The notes: generated from the letters alone by a model not told the origin. 64,000 bases of DNA from an uncultured Alphaproteobacteria bacterium (GCA_944392555.1 CALXWZ010000006.1:5543-69542); one strand, 5' to 3'. Shown: positions 9,706 through 20,782, numbered from the stretch's first letter. Made by a program: numbers and translations.

Positions 9706-10280
9706 TTGATACCCTCGTTTGTTTCGTTTATTTCATTAACCGTTTGTTGCCCGTCCGCCAAGCCCGTTTCCGGCTGTATTGCGGATAAAGGTTCGTTTGC
9801 TTCCGTTATTTCTTCTTCCTTAACTTGTTTCTTCTCACGCATATACGCGTTCACTTTATCCATTAACTCCGTTAAAATAACGGCATCTTGCGTATAGACA
9901 ATCTCATCACCCGATTCCAGCATTTCCTCATCCGCACCCGGCACAATTTCCAAATATTTAGAGCCGAGCAAACCGTCTGTTTCAATCACGGCAGAGGTAT
10001 CAACCGATAACTCTATCTTTTTATCAAATCCCAATTTAACAAGCACCTGATACCCGTTGCCGAGTTTTTGCCCTTCCACCTCGCCGACTTTTATTCCCGC
10101 GATGCGCACATCGGCGCCGTTCATCAATCCGTCTGCTTTTGAAAAAGGCGCATATAAATAGAATGCCCGCGCATCGTTTTCAACGGCCGACTTTGCATGC
10201 ACGAATCCCAATAATCCGCCCAACAGAACAACCAATACCGTTCCGGCGATTATTTCTTTGTTTTCGGTTTTTAACTTCAT
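9702..10280 (-). CDS. Second MCE/MlaD-like protein with acidic C-terminal tail
   Basis: N-terminal TM segment plus an MCE domain (DGLMNGADVRIAGIKVGEV ... GSKYLEIVPG). Its stop overlaps the downstream mlaD start by 4 nt (ATGA). Confidence 0.7.
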   Translation of the reverse strand: MKLKTENKEIIAGTVLVVLLGGLLGFVHAKSAVENDARAFYLYAPFSKADGLMNGADVRIAGIKVGEVEGQKLGNGYQVLVKLGFDKKIELSVDTSAVIETDGLLGSKYLEIVPGADEEMLESGDEIVYTQDAVILTELMDKVNAYMREKKQVKEEEITEANEPLSAIQPETGLADGQQTVNEINETNEGIK

Positions 10281-10420
10281 ACCTTTTTATCCTTTTTTCG
10301 GTATTTCACCCGATTTTGCACGTTTTGTCAAGCATCTTTATCATTTTTTGCGCTTTTTTCAAAGAATAAAATTGACGCGAAATGTTTTTTTGATTACACT
10401 CTCTCTCGGGAGTATTAAGG

Positions 10421-11743
10421 ATGAATCATAAATTACGGGGTGCCGTTTTCGGAGTATTTATTGCGTGTATCGCGTTTTTTTCCGTTACCGCGCATGCGCT
10501 TTCGGTTATTCGGGATACGGAAGTCGAATCCGTATTGACAAGTTATGCCCGAAAAATTTTTAAGACTGCCGGATTAAATCCGAACAATGCCCAAATCGTT
10601 CTTGTTAATGATCCGAGCATCAATGCCTTTGTTGCCGGCGGACAAACCATTTTCGTGCATACGGGATTAATTACGCAATCGCAATCCGTTGATGATATTA
10701 TTTTTGTTTTATCGCACGAAACGGGGCATATTGTGGGCGGACATGTTGTACGCGGTATCGGGGCCTACGGACAAGCACGCACAACGGCTTTAATTTCCAC
10801 CATTTTAGGCGGACTGGTTGCCGTTGCGGGCCGACCGGATGCCGGTATGGCCGTTATGATGGGTGGTTCAACCTCTGCCGTGGGGATGTTTACCGCTTAT
10901 CGCCAGACCGAAGAAAGTGCGGCTGATAGAACGGCTGTTGATATTATGCAAAAAATGCATTACTCCATGCGTGGATTTGAAAATACGATGAAGTTGATAC
11001 AAGCGCAAGAACGCATCAGTTCCAGTGATGACTTTTCATATTTACGCACGCACCCGTTAACTCGCGAACGCATCAATGCATTGGAACGATTCACGAAAAA
11101 CGCACCGGCCGTTCGTGATGATGTTCGGTATGATTTAATCCGCGCAAAACTCATCGGATTTTTATATGAACCGGCCCAAACCCGTTCGCTTTATCAAAAC
11201 GATACTTCTCTGGCGGGGGATTATGCGCGCGCGATTGCGATGTATCGGGCGCATCAGTTTGAACAAGCGCAACAAATGATTGATAATTTAATCCGCAAAA
11301 AAAGCGATTATCCGTATTTTTACGAATTGAAAGGGCAGTTTTATCTGGAAACGAGCAATCTGAACAACGCGATTGATAATTACCAAAAAGCCATCAATTT
11401 GATGCCCAACGCACCACTAATGCGTCTATCCATGGCGCAAGCCTTGTTAGAACGGCGTCAAACGGGGGATGCCGCGCGTGCCATACCGCATTTAAAAGCG
11501 GTGTTAGCGAAAGAAAACGATACACCGCTTGCTTGGCAATTACTCGCAACAGCGTATGACTTAACGGGCAAGCAAGCCGAAATCCCGTATGCCATGGCGG
11601 AATACTATCGCACGATAGGTGATTTAAAAAGCGCCAAACGCATGGCCAAAAAAGCTTTGGATACCCTGCCGAAGAATACGCCTGCCTATCAACACGCTCG
11701 TGATATTATGGCATTACCGGAAGAAAAAGCGGTTTACTACTAG
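10421..11743 (+). CDS. Periplasmic M48 metalloprotease with C-terminal TPR domain (BepA/YfgC-like)
   Basis: Signal peptide and the HExxH motif in LSHETGHIVGGH. The C-terminal half is TPR-like (YYRTIGDLKSAKRMAKKAL..). Confidence 0.8.
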   Translation: MNHKLRGAVFGVFIACIAFFSVTAHALSVIRDTEVESVLTSYARKIFKTAGLNPNNAQIVLVNDPSINAFVAGGQTIFVHTGLITQSQSVDDIIFVLSHETGHIVGGHVVRGIGAYGQARTTALISTILGGLVAVAGRPDAGMAVMMGGSTSAVGMFTAYRQTEESAADRTAVDIMQKMHYSMRGFENTMKLIQAQERISSSDDFSYLRTHPLTRERINALERFTKNAPAVRDDVRYDLIRAKLIGFLYEPAQTRSLYQNDTSLAGDYARAIAMYRAHQFEQAQQMIDNLIRKKSDYPYFYELKGQFYLETSNLNNAIDNYQKAINLMPNAPLMRLSMAQALLERRQTGDAARAIPHLKAVLAKENDTPLAWQLLATAYDLTGKQAEIPYAMAEYYRTIGDLKSAKRMAKKALDTLPKNTPAYQHARDIMALPEEKAVYY

Positions 11744-11797
11744 TAATTACATTTCGGTAGCGGTTTGAAAAACAATTATGAAACGGAGGAAATAAAA

Positions 11798-12259
11798 ATG
11801 GACGCATTAAACGAATTAAATAAACTATATGAGCTGAAAGAAAAAGGCATTTTAACAGAAGAAGAATATAACGAACAAAAGAAGCGAATTTTGACAAATC
11901 CCAATGATTTTGAGAAAAATCCTTCTCCGATTACAAGTTCGCCCGAAAAGAGTCGCAACATTTACATTTTAATTGCTTTTTTCTTGGGCTGTTTCGGCAT
12001 TCATAATTTTTACATCGGTCGGACTACACGCGGTATTTTGCAACTGATTTTATTCTTTTTATTTATCTTCATCGTGCCGATTATTATTTTATGGATTTGG
12101 ATTGTAGTTGATATGCTAACGGTTAAAACGGAAGGAAACGGTAAATTAATGTCTCCCATCAACGGCTGGGGTATTTTCATGATTGTTTTACAACTGTTCT
12201 CTATCTTTTGGATTCCGGTAGCATTTATGCTCAATATTCTGTCGGCCGGCTCTTTATAG
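11798..12259 (+). CDS. SHOCT-like N-terminal motif fused to a TM2-domain membrane protein
   Basis: LNELNKLYELKEKGILTEEEYNEQKKRIL (SHOCT-like), then FFLGCFGIHNFYIGRTTRGILQLILFF (TM2 domain). Start ATG 11798 has GGAGG 8 nt upstream. Confidence 0.65.
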   Translation: MDALNELNKLYELKEKGILTEEEYNEQKKRILTNPNDFEKNPSPITSSPEKSRNIYILIAFFLGCFGIHNFYIGRTTRGILQLILFFLFIFIVPIIILWIWIVVDMLTVKTEGNGKLMSPINGWGIFMIVLQLFSIFWIPVAFMLNILSAGSL

Positions 12260-12364
12260 TATCATCTTAAAAATTATTACATACACTTTATATGTAAAAA
12301 CAGACTGTTATACAAATAAAAACCGATTAACAAAATATATCTCAACATATTTAAATAACAAAAA

Positions 12365-12388
12365 AGCAGGGCACAATCACACCCTGCT
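12365..12388. terminator. Hairpin between convergent genes (TM2 protein and flavodiiron protein)
   Basis: AGCAGGG-cacaatcaca-CCCTGCT hairpin with flanking A- and T-runs. Confidence 0.6.
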
Positions 12389-12413
12389 TTATCGTTTATT
12401 TTATCGCAATTTT

Positions 12414-13580
12414 TTATTCCGCTAAAAGTGAATCTACCAATGCAGTTAATTGCACCTTATCGGCTTCTTTATATGCCGACTTAATCGTCACAACCGGTTC
12501 AAGAAGTGTGATATTTTTAAGGCTCTCAAATTCGGCTTTCATTTTCTTTGCAGCCATCGGCGCCCATGAGCCGTTTTCAATAAATCCCACCTTTCGATTT
12601 TGATAATTCTTGCTCTTTAAATGCGCGATAAAACTTTCCATAACAGGGAACAATCCGCCGTCGTATGTCACGGATGCCAATACCAATCTATCATAACGGA
12701 AAGCATCTTCTACGGCTTCTGCCATATCATCACGCGCTAAATCAGCCAAAGAAACTTTAATATCACTTTTTGCTTCAATCATTTCTTTCAACCGTTCGGC
12801 AACGGCTTTCGTGTGTCCGTAAACGGAAGCATACGCGATAAAAATGCCTTTATCTTCCGGTCGATAAGAACTCCATATATCATATTTCCCGATATAGTGA
12901 GCTAAATTCTCCGTCAACATCGGCCCATGCAACGGGAAAATTTTTTGAATATCCAGCGTGCTTGCTTTTTTGAGTAAATTTTGCACCTGCGCACCATATT
13001 TTCCCACAATGTTAATATAATACCGACGCGCTTCACAATCCCATTCTTCATCTGTATCCAATGCACCGAATTTACCGAACGCATCAGCCGAAAACAAGGC
13101 TTTATCATACGCATCATAGGCAACCATCACTTCGGGCCAATGCACCATCGGCGCCATCACAAAATGTAAGGTATGTTTACCGAGTTCAAGCGGTGTATCC
13201 TCCGAAACAACCACTTTCCTATCCTCAAATAAAAGATGCGGGAAAAATTGCGGAATCATGCCGAATGTTTTCGCATTTGCAACAATTTTGGCATGCGGAT
13301 ACTTATCCATAAACATCTCAATACTGGCGGCGTGATCGGGCTCCATATGCAACACAACTAAATAATCCGGCTCTCTGTTACCTAACACCTGCGCTAAATT
13401 TTCAAACCATTCAGCCGTTGCCCGCTTATCTACCGTATCCATCACGGCAATTTTTTCATCCATAATAACGTATGAATTATACGAAATACCGTTCGGAATA
13501 ATATATTGCCCCTCAAACAAATCCAGCGTTTTATCGTCAACGCCAACATAAAACGTTTCATTTGTTAATTTTTTCATCAT
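12414..13580 (-). CDS. Flavodiiron protein (FprA-type A flavoprotein; O2/NO reductase)
   Basis: Metallo-beta-lactamase-like diiron motif HMEPDHAAS. C-terminal flavodoxin-like domain (IFIAYASVYGHTKAVAE). Confidence 0.85.
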   Translation of the reverse strand: MMKKLTNETFYVGVDDKTLDLFEGQYIIPNGISYNSYVIMDEKIAVMDTVDKRATAEWFENLAQVLGNREPDYLVVLHMEPDHAASIEMFMDKYPHAKIVANAKTFGMIPQFFPHLLFEDRKVVVSEDTPLELGKHTLHFVMAPMVHWPEVMVAYDAYDKALFSADAFGKFGALDTDEEWDCEARRYYINIVGKYGAQVQNLLKKASTLDIQKIFPLHGPMLTENLAHYIGKYDIWSSYRPEDKGIFIAYASVYGHTKAVAERLKEMIEAKSDIKVSLADLARDDMAEAVEDAFRYDRLVLASVTYDGGLFPVMESFIAHLKSKNYQNRKVGFIENGSWAPMAAKKMKAEFESLKNITLLEPVVTIKSAYKEADKVQLTALVDSLLAE

Positions 13581-13699
13581 CTTGCTTCCCTTTCGTTTGT
13601 ATGAAAAATCAAGTCGAGTTTATCCAAATTAAAAAAAAATCACAAGCAGAAAATGAATCTTCGCTTAAAATACCGGCATCCGTTCGGCGCACTGCATGA

Positions 13700-15763
13700 T
13701 TATGCCGTTACCGCCGGCGTATTAATAATATGCAACAGCGATAATTCATGTAAAATTTCAGGATGATACAAGCAGTATTTTTCTTCATCCGGCGTTAGCA
13801 CCAATTCACCGCTTTGTGCATAACCTTGAATTTTTTGGGCAACACTGCGAATCGTTTTCATCTCAAAATCAGGCTCCGGACCGTTGACCGATAACATATA
13901 TACATGCATTGCCTGATACACGGGATTCATTTTTAATAAATCAACTCCCTTTTCTTTGGGCGCTACTTGTTGCAATTCCGCCCCGGCCTGTTCGGCTTTC
14001 ACCAGAATATCGGGTTTCTGATATTCTTCCGGAATTATGAATAATTTATGCCGTTTAGCCCATTCTCCCACACTTTCACGTGATGACCATACGGATAACG
14101 GAATGGAGAAAATCAACCCGAGCGTAATCGGCAATGTCCAGTAAAATAAACTGTTCGCATATAAATAAACAATCACCGATACGCCGATACCGATAACCGT
14201 ATGCCAAAAATGGCGCCGAATAGCCACTAACCACGGCGTGCCTGTTTCGTCCCGATTTTGCGCATTCCAACCGGCATCCAATCCGAGCAAAATATCCAAA
14301 ACGATTTTACTTTGGAACAACATCATAATCGGTGCAATCAAGGCGCTGAATATAAACTCAACAATCAGCGTTTTCATCAATCCGAAAAATCCGCCGAATT
14401 CTTTAAGGGGTCTATGCTGAATTAACACAACCAATCCCCCCAAAATTTTCGGGATAAACAACATACCCATTGAAAGTAAAAATAAAACCAACGTACCGAT
14501 TAAATCAAACACGGGCCAAGTCGGGAATAATGTTTTGGTATCGGTAAAATATTCGGGCGGGAAAAACTCGCGCCATAAAGCAATACCCAATCCTAAAAAT
14601 AAAAACAAAAACCATAGCGGGGAAGAAAGATACGACATAATTCCCAACGTGAAATGAAGCCGTGAAACGGGGTGCAGTTTACGCGAAAATAAAATCCGCA
14701 GATGTTGTAAATTCCCCTGACACCAACGCCTGTCTCTAATCACAAAATCCAGCATGGTCGGCGGACACTCCTCATAACTTCCCTTCAATTCGGGCAACAT
14801 CCAAGCAAGCCATCCACCGCGACGAATTAAAGCGGCTTCCACAAAGTCATGACTCAATATATGTCCGCCGAACGGTGCTTGACCGGGAAATACGGGTAAT
14901 CCGCAACACTCCATAAATGCCCGCGTGCGAATAATGGCGTTATGACCCCAATAATTGCTGTCCCACACCTGCCAGTATGCCAATCCCGCGCTGACAATCG
15001 GACCATACACACGTCCTGCAAACTGCTGAACACGGGCAAAAAATGTATGCCGATTGATAATCATCGGCGGTGCCTGAATAATCCCCGTTGTGGTATTAAC
15101 CTCCATAAATTGTGCCATTTTAACAACGGTTTTACCTGTCATTAAACTATCGGCATCCAGCACCACCATGTAATCATATTTTGCACCCCAACGCATGCAA
15201 AAATCTTCTATATTCCCGCTTTTACGAGCGGTATTTTTCGGGCGATGACGATAATAAAGATTTATCTCTTTCGGAAAAAGTTTTTTAGTTTGCAACCAAA
15301 GTGCTTCTTCTTGCACCCAAACTTGCGGTTTTGTGGTATCACTCAACACAAAAAAATCAAACGCTTCTCCCTGCCCCGTTGCCGATAAATCCCGTGCCAT
15401 TGCTAAAAGATTGGCGTAAACTGAGGTCGGGTCTTCATTATATACCGGCATAAGAATGGCCGTTTTGGTGGAAAGTTTCGTTTCCTCGGGGACTCGCTTA
15501 ATTCCCGGCATTTTGCGGTGTCGTAAAATCTCCCAAAAACCAAAAAGGCTCGACCAAAAAAACAGTGAAATCCAAGCAAAAGTAATGCAAAACAGAAAAA
15601 CAAGTCCGATTTTCAAAGAAACATCCACATCCGTCGGCATAAATGTTGCCCACTTAATCGTGGCAAGAACAACGCATATCAGCACCAACCCAAATAATTT
15701 GATTCTCCGCCAAATCACTTGTCGTTTGCTGATGGTTGAAAGCACCACATATTCCTTTTCCAT
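13700..15763 (-). CDS. opgH: Osmoregulated periplasmic glucan glucosyltransferase OpgH/MdoH
   Basis: GT2 domain with DADS and the RDRRWCQGNLQH motif, flanked by multiple TM segments. Start set at ATG 15763 (AAGGAG 6 nt upstream) rather than the track start at 15832. Confidence 0.9.
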   Translation of the reverse strand: MEKEYVVLSTISKRQVIWRRIKLFGLVLICVVLATIKWATFMPTDVDVSLKIGLVFLFCITFAWISLFFWSSLFGFWEILRHRKMPGIKRVPEETKLSTKTAILMPVYNEDPTSVYANLLAMARDLSATGQGEAFDFFVLSDTTKPQVWVQEEALWLQTKKLFPKEINLYYRHRPKNTARKSGNIEDFCMRWGAKYDYMVVLDADSLMTGKTVVKMAQFMEVNTTTGIIQAPPMIINRHTFFARVQQFAGRVYGPIVSAGLAYWQVWDSNYWGHNAIIRTRAFMECCGLPVFPGQAPFGGHILSHDFVEAALIRRGGWLAWMLPELKGSYEECPPTMLDFVIRDRRWCQGNLQHLRILFSRKLHPVSRLHFTLGIMSYLSSPLWFLFLFLGLGIALWREFFPPEYFTDTKTLFPTWPVFDLIGTLVLFLLSMGMLFIPKILGGLVVLIQHRPLKEFGGFFGLMKTLIVEFIFSALIAPIMMLFQSKIVLDILLGLDAGWNAQNRDETGTPWLVAIRRHFWHTVIGIGVSVIVYLYANSLFYWTLPITLGLIFSIPLSVWSSRESVGEWAKRHKLFIIPEEYQKPDILVKAEQAGAELQQVAPKEKGVDLLKMNPVYQAMHVYMLSVNGPEPDFEMKTIRSVAQKIQGYAQSGELVLTPDEEKYCLYHPEILHELSLLHIINTPAVTA

Positions 15764-15880
15764 ATCCAACTCCTTATACTCTTCGTTTTTATCTGCTTTT
15801 ATTGAAACATTAACGATTTTTATTTTAAGCAAACACCTTTTTCTTGGTTCTTTTCGTTTGATAAAACGTTTTTGAATGCC

Positions 15881-16351
15881 TTATTTCCCGCTGACGGATT
15901 TTACCACCAACTTCACACCCTTCGCCAACGTCTTCTTAATTTTCCACACAGGGTGAAAAGTTTTAATGCTTTGACGGAACATATCCGCCCGAATTAAATC
16001 CGGCGCCGCCTGAAAGAGTTGTCTATGAAAGCAAGCAATAAGCATTTTCTCATCTTCATTTGAAATATCATCAAATAAATTGATTTGCTCATATAATTTT
16101 TGCGCCAAAAACACCATTTTAAAATAATTCAAGCGTTGAACGGCCGGCAATCCCGTTTCGGGCAGTATACTATCCAGATACGTTTGAATATGCCCGTCCA
16201 GTAATTTGCTGACATCATCGGGATGCAAATTTCCTTTCTCTTTTTGCAACTTTTCAACAATGGCGCTTGTCAAAACGGGCGAATCATAACCCCACTCTTT
16301 TAAATAGGCGTTCACCCAGTCTTCAATGGTATAAAATTTAATACTTCCCAT
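15881..16351 (-). CDS. Hypothetical cytoplasmic protein encoded between opgG and opgH
   Basis: 156-aa ORF with SD AAAGGAG upstream of ATG 16351. No signal peptide, no TM segment and no motif I recognise. Confidence 0.6.
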   Translation of the reverse strand: MGSIKFYTIEDWVNAYLKEWGYDSPVLTSAIVEKLQKEKGNLHPDDVSKLLDGHIQTYLDSILPETGLPAVQRLNYFKMVFLAQKLYEQINLFDDISNEDEKMLIACFHRQLFQAAPDLIRADMFRQSIKTFHPVWKIKKTLAKGVKLVVKSVSGK

Positions 16352-16399
16352 CACAACTCCTTTGCTCTTATTTTCTATTCTCCCACGCTGTGATTTTTT

Positions 16400-17923
16400 C
16401 TACGGCAGATATTGATAAGTCCATACTTCCGTCAAAACGGCATCTTTATCCGCCTCGCGTGCCGATTTCAAAAAGGCACGCAGTTCACCTGTCCGTCCGT
16501 TTGGCTTAAAATCAAAGAACAAGCGATATCCGCCGTCCACACTGTTTTTTTGAACAATGGGATTCATAATATCGCCGGCATCTACGGATACATCAGGCAC
16601 AAGTTGCGCAACATCCGTTATTTCATCCAGCATACCGCCTTTAAAATCAATCACGTATTTTATCTTTGCTTCTTCCGGCACACCCGATACACCGCCGACA
16701 CCCGTCCGTGTGGCAATAATTTTACCCTTGTTATCCGATTCGGGATCTTCACTCGTCCAATACATCCGATATTTAAATGTATAAGACTTCCCTTTTTGAA
16801 TTTTCTCATCCGGCCACCAAAAAGCCACCACGTTATCATGAATTTCTTTATCGGACGGGATTTCCACTAAATGCACACGTCCCGTTCCGAATCCTTCCAA
16901 CGGCTCAATCCACACGCTCGGGCGTTCCTGATAATGCGCTTCAAAATCTTGATAATGATCGGGGTTTCTATCCCGTTGAAAAAGACCAAACCCTTTCGGT
17001 GCTTTATCCGAAAAAGAACTCATCCGCAACTGTCTTGAATTATCCAACGGGCGCCATAGCCATTCATCATTTCCGTTATGAATGAGCAACCCATCGCTAT
17101 CATGCACTTCCGGCCGATAATCAAAAAACTTATTTTTGGTATTTTCACCGAATAAATACATACTGGTAAGCGGGGCAATCCCGATTTTTTGAATATCCGC
17201 CCGCGGGAAAAGAGTTGCCGTCACGTCAATCTTCGTTGCTTTCCCCGGTTGAATGAAAAAAGAATACGCACCCGTAATGCGCGGGCTATCCAAAAGGGCG
17301 TAAATCGTCATATTGCGCTGACGCATAGCCGGTCGCTTCACCCAAAACTCTTTAAATATCGGGAATTCCTCACCTGTCTGCACGCCCGTATCAATGGCAA
17401 GCCCGCGCGCCGAAAGGCCGTATTTTTGGTGTTGCCCGAGTGCACGAAAATAACTGGCGCCCAAAAAAGCAATCAACTCATCATAATAATCCGGCGTATT
17501 CAGCGGATAATGCAACCGAAAACCCGCATAATCAATATCGCCCTTAATATTATTAATCGGCTTATCATTCAACGTAAACGCACTCGGCGTATACGGCATA
17601 TATAACTCTTCGCCGGCAATAATCTGATTAACACGAACGGAATTTTGATAAATGGAACCCATGTGAAAAAATTGGATTTCAAACGGAATGTTTTTGCGAT
17701 ACCACGGCCCTTGCTCACGCACATAGCGCAAAGAACGGAATGCATCATAATCCATATTTACCAATTCCGACGGCAATTTGACTTCTTCTGCCTGATATGG
17801 TTTTTCCGATAATTTCTGCGCCTTTTCTATAACGTTTTGATAGTTAAACACGGCGGAAAATGCCACTTGACTCCACAAAACGACGCCGACAATCATCATT
17901 CCGAATATTTTTCTTTTTTTCAT
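16400..17923 (-). CDS. opgG: Periplasmic glucan biosynthesis protein OpgG/MdoG
   Basis: Signal peptide (IFGMMIVGVVLWSQVAFSA) and MdoG-family length. Conserved blocks include FRALGQHQKYGLSARGLAIDTG and ERPSVWIEP. Lies upstream of opgH. Confidence 0.9.
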   Translation of the reverse strand: MKKRKIFGMMIVGVVLWSQVAFSAVFNYQNVIEKAQKLSEKPYQAEEVKLPSELVNMDYDAFRSLRYVREQGPWYRKNIPFEIQFFHMGSIYQNSVRVNQIIAGEELYMPYTPSAFTLNDKPINNIKGDIDYAGFRLHYPLNTPDYYDELIAFLGASYFRALGQHQKYGLSARGLAIDTGVQTGEEFPIFKEFWVKRPAMRQRNMTIYALLDSPRITGAYSFFIQPGKATKIDVTATLFPRADIQKIGIAPLTSMYLFGENTKNKFFDYRPEVHDSDGLLIHNGNDEWLWRPLDNSRQLRMSSFSDKAPKGFGLFQRDRNPDHYQDFEAHYQERPSVWIEPLEGFGTGRVHLVEIPSDKEIHDNVVAFWWPDEKIQKGKSYTFKYRMYWTSEDPESDNKGKIIATRTGVGGVSGVPEEAKIKYVIDFKGGMLDEITDVAQLVPDVSVDAGDIMNPIVQKNSVDGGYRLFFDFKPNGRTGELRAFLKSAREADKDAVLTEVWTYQYLP

Positions 17924-18036
17924 ACCGCAATCATCCCATCTTTCACTTTAATCATATTATGCCGATTTGCTTATCTCTTTTTACTTCGACATACAACCTG
18001 CGTCAGCATACGATTTTTTATGATGTATTGCAAGCC

Positions 18037-18513
18037 CTATTTTCGCACGGCATCAAGTGCCTTTTGCAAAATACGTGCCGCTGCTTCGGCATCCAACACT
18101 TCTTTTTGTCGCTTTAAACGCACACCGCGTCCGTTCATGGCCTCGGTGGCATATTTAGAGGTATAGCGCTCATCAACCAGCAAGACGGGTAAGCGGTATT
18201 TTTCAATCAATCGCGCACAAAACAGTCGCACCTGACCGGCAATAAATCCCTCCGTTCCGTCCGTTTGCAAGGGCAGTCCCACCACGAATCCCGTAATTTC
18301 TTTTGCCGGCACAATATCATCTAATTCTTTTAATTTATAAATAATTTTGAAGGGATAAGAAATTTGCCTTTCTTTATCCGAAAGCGCCAAGCCGATTCGC
18401 ACACTTCCGTAATCAATACCCAACAACCGCCCGCTCGTTTCGGAAAGAAAATGCGGGTCGGTTGATAAAAAACCTTGTAATTCGGATTGAAATTGTTTAT
18501 CATCAGTCATCAT
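18037..18513 (-). CDS. ruvX: Holliday-junction resolvase-like nuclease RuvX (YqgF)
   Basis: LLGIDYGSVRIGLALSD N-terminal motif and DERYTS near the C-terminus. Confidence 0.85.
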   Translation of the reverse strand: MMTDDKQFQSELQGFLSTDPHFLSETSGRLLGIDYGSVRIGLALSDKERQISYPFKIIYKLKELDDIVPAKEITGFVVGLPLQTDGTEGFIAGQVRLFCARLIEKYRLPVLLVDERYTSKYATEAMNGRGVRLKRQKEVLDAEAAARILQKALDAVRK

Positions 18514-18543
18514 TGTTTCATGTTATAAAGGAAAATAAGAAAG

Positions 18544-19005
18544 ATGCAAGTAAAAAATGTCATTTTAGCAGCCGATCATGCGGGTTGTCCTTTAAAAGAA
18601 GCCATTCGAAAATGGCTTGTTGAGAACGGTATACAAGTTCATAATTACGGCACAAACGATCCGAATACGCCCGTTGACTACCCCGATAAAGCCGCCAAAA
18701 TGGCAGAAGGTATTGAGCGCGGGGAAGCACTGTTCGGGATTTTAGTATGTGGTTCGGGTATCGGCATGAGTATTGCCGTTAATCGGTATGATTTCATCCG
18801 GGGCGCTTTGGTTTGGAATCCGGAACTTGCAACCTTGGCTCGTCAACACAACAATGCAAATGTTTTAATTCTGGGCGGACGTTTTACGGATGAAGCCGTT
18901 GCGATTGAATGCGTTAAAAACTTTTTAACAACGCCGTTTGAAGGCGGTCGTCATCAGGTTCGCGTCAACAAACTTGAAAGGATGCCTCATGACTTTGAAA
19001 AATAG
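18544..19005 (+). CDS. rpiB: Ribose-5-phosphate isomerase B
   Basis: LacAB/RpiB motifs ILAADHAG and [17 protein letters not shown]. Confidence 0.9.
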   Translation: MQVKNVILAADHAGCPLKEAIRKWLVENGIQVHNYGTNDPNTPVDYPDKAAKMAEGIERGEALFGILVCGSGIGMSIAVNRYDFIRGALVWNPELATLARQHNNANVLILGGRFTDEAVAIECVKNFLTTPFEGGRHQVRVNKLERMPHDFEK

Positions 19006-20284
19006 AAATAACTTCTTTCATGCGCCATTAGTTGAAGAAGATGAAGAAATTGCCCGAATTATCACGCGGGAATTATGGCGTCAACAAGAGCACATTGAAT
19101 TAATTGCGTCGGAAAACATTGTTTCACGCGCCGTTATGCAAGCAATGGGTAGCGTTCTCACAAATAAATATGCCGAGGGATATCCGAATCATCGCTATTA
19201 TCACGGGTGCGAATTTGTGGATGAAGTAGAACAACTCGCAATTGACAGAGCCAAAAAATTATTTAATGCGCAATTTGTAAACGTGCAACCGCACTCGGGT
19301 TCGCAAGCAAACAGCGCCGTTTATTTAGCCTTGTTGCAACCGGGCGACACGATTCTCGGTATGGGGCTGGACGCCGGCGGACACCTCACACACGGTTCAA
19401 AAGTATCCTCATCGGGGAAATACTATAAGAGCATTGCCTACGGTTTAAATCCCGATACGGGATATATTGATATGGAATCGGTTGAGCAATTAGCGGTTGA
19501 AAATCAAGCAAAGTTAATTATTGCCGGCGGGTCGGCTTATCCGCGGGAAATTGATTTTGAGGCCTTTCGTAAAATTGCCGATAAAGTCGGCGCCTATTTG
19601 ATGGTGGACATGGCGCATTTTGCGGGTTTGGTTGCCGGAAAGGTTTTGAAAAATCCGTTGGATTATGCCCATGTTGTGACGACAACAACGCACAAAACAT
19701 TGCGTGGTCCGCGCGGAGGTATGATTCTCACAAACGATGCCGAACTTGCAAAAAAAATCAACACAGCCATTTTCCCGGGCTTACAAGGCGGTCCGTTAAT
19801 GCACGTGATTGCCGGCAAAGCCGTTTCGTTTGCCGAGGCATTGGATGATTCGTTTAAAGTGTATGCCCGTCAAGTTGTTTCAAATGCCGCCGTATTGGCG
19901 AAAACGATTAAAAAGCAAGGGTATAACCTTGTATCCGGCGGAACGGATACGCATTTGATTTTAATTGATTTGCGCGATAAGGGAATCACGGGGAAAGACG
20001 CTTGCGACGCACTGGCGGAAGCAGGCCTGATTTGCAATAAAAACGCCGTGCCGAATGATCCGCAAAAGCCGACAATTACATCAGGTTTACGCATCGGCAG
20101 TCCGGCAGGCACAACGCGCGGTTTCAAAGAAAAAGAATTTGAACAAATCGGCTTAATGATTACGCGTGTTTTGGATTCGCTTCAATCGGATGAAGAAACG
20201 AAGCAAAAAGCCATTACTGAGGTCAGAGCCGAAGTCAAGCAACTTTGTTTGGATTTTCCGATTTATACGCGTGCAATTGGGTAA
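18989..20284 (+). CDS. glyA: Serine hydroxymethyltransferase
   Basis: [16 protein letters not shown], the PLP-lysine region [16 protein letters not shown], and full-length SHMT. Start ATG 18989 (GAAAGGA upstream) overlaps the rpiB end by 17 nt. Confidence 0.95.
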   Translation: MTLKNRNNFFHAPLVEEDEEIARIITRELWRQQEHIELIASENIVSRAVMQAMGSVLTNKYAEGYPNHRYYHGCEFVDEVEQLAIDRAKKLFNAQFVNVQPHSGSQANSAVYLALLQPGDTILGMGLDAGGHLTHGSKVSSSGKYYKSIAYGLNPDTGYIDMESVEQLAVENQAKLIIAGGSAYPREIDFEAFRKIADKVGAYLMVDMAHFAGLVAGKVLKNPLDYAHVVTTTTHKTLRGPRGGMILTNDAELAKKINTAIFPGLQGGPLMHVIAGKAVSFAEALDDSFKVYARQVVSNAAVLAKTIKKQGYNLVSGGTDTHLILIDLRDKGITGKDACDALAEAGLICNKNAVPNDPQKPTITSGLRIGSPAGTTRGFKEKEFEQIGLMITRVLDSLQSDEETKQKAITEVRAEVKQLCLDFPIYTRAIG

Positions 20285-20324
20285 TGCGTGGTAGAAACGT
20301 AATAGAACGGATAGAGGAAGAGCG

Positions 20325-20780
20325 ATGAAATGTCCTTTTTGTGGCTGTTCGGACAGCCAAGTCAAAGATTCACGGCCGAGTGAAGATTATTCTTCCATTC
20401 GGCGCAGGAGGCAATGCCCGCAATGTGGCGGACGATTTACAACGTTTGAGTATATTCAAAGCCGTGATTTAATCGTCGTTAAGAAAAACGATATTCGGGT
20501 TCCGTTTGAGCGTGAAAAATTACAACGCTCTATTTTGTTGGCCTTGCGCAAACGGTCGGTTGATGCGGATAAAGTAGAGCAAATGGTCAACTCCATCATT
20601 TCACGATTGGAAAAATGTGGCGAATCCGAAATTCAATCATCTTATATCGGTGAATTGGTGATGGAAGCGCTTTTAGGGGTTGACAAAGTGGCGTATGTGA
20701 GATATGCCTCCGTCTATAAGAATTTTAACTCAATGGAAGATTTTAAAGAATTTGCAGCCAGATTAACAGAGGAAAAATAA
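20325..20780 (+). CDS. nrdR: Transcriptional repressor NrdR
   Basis: Zinc ribbon MKCPFCG...[12 protein letters not shown] plus an ATP-cone domain. Confidence 0.95.
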   Translation: MKCPFCGCSDSQVKDSRPSEDYSSIRRRRQCPQCGGRFTTFEYIQSRDLIVVKKNDIRVPFEREKLQRSILLALRKRSVDADKVEQMVNSIISRLEKCGESEIQSSYIGELVMEALLGVDKVAYVRYASVYKNFNSMEDFKEFAARLTEEK

Positions 20781-20782
20781 CC

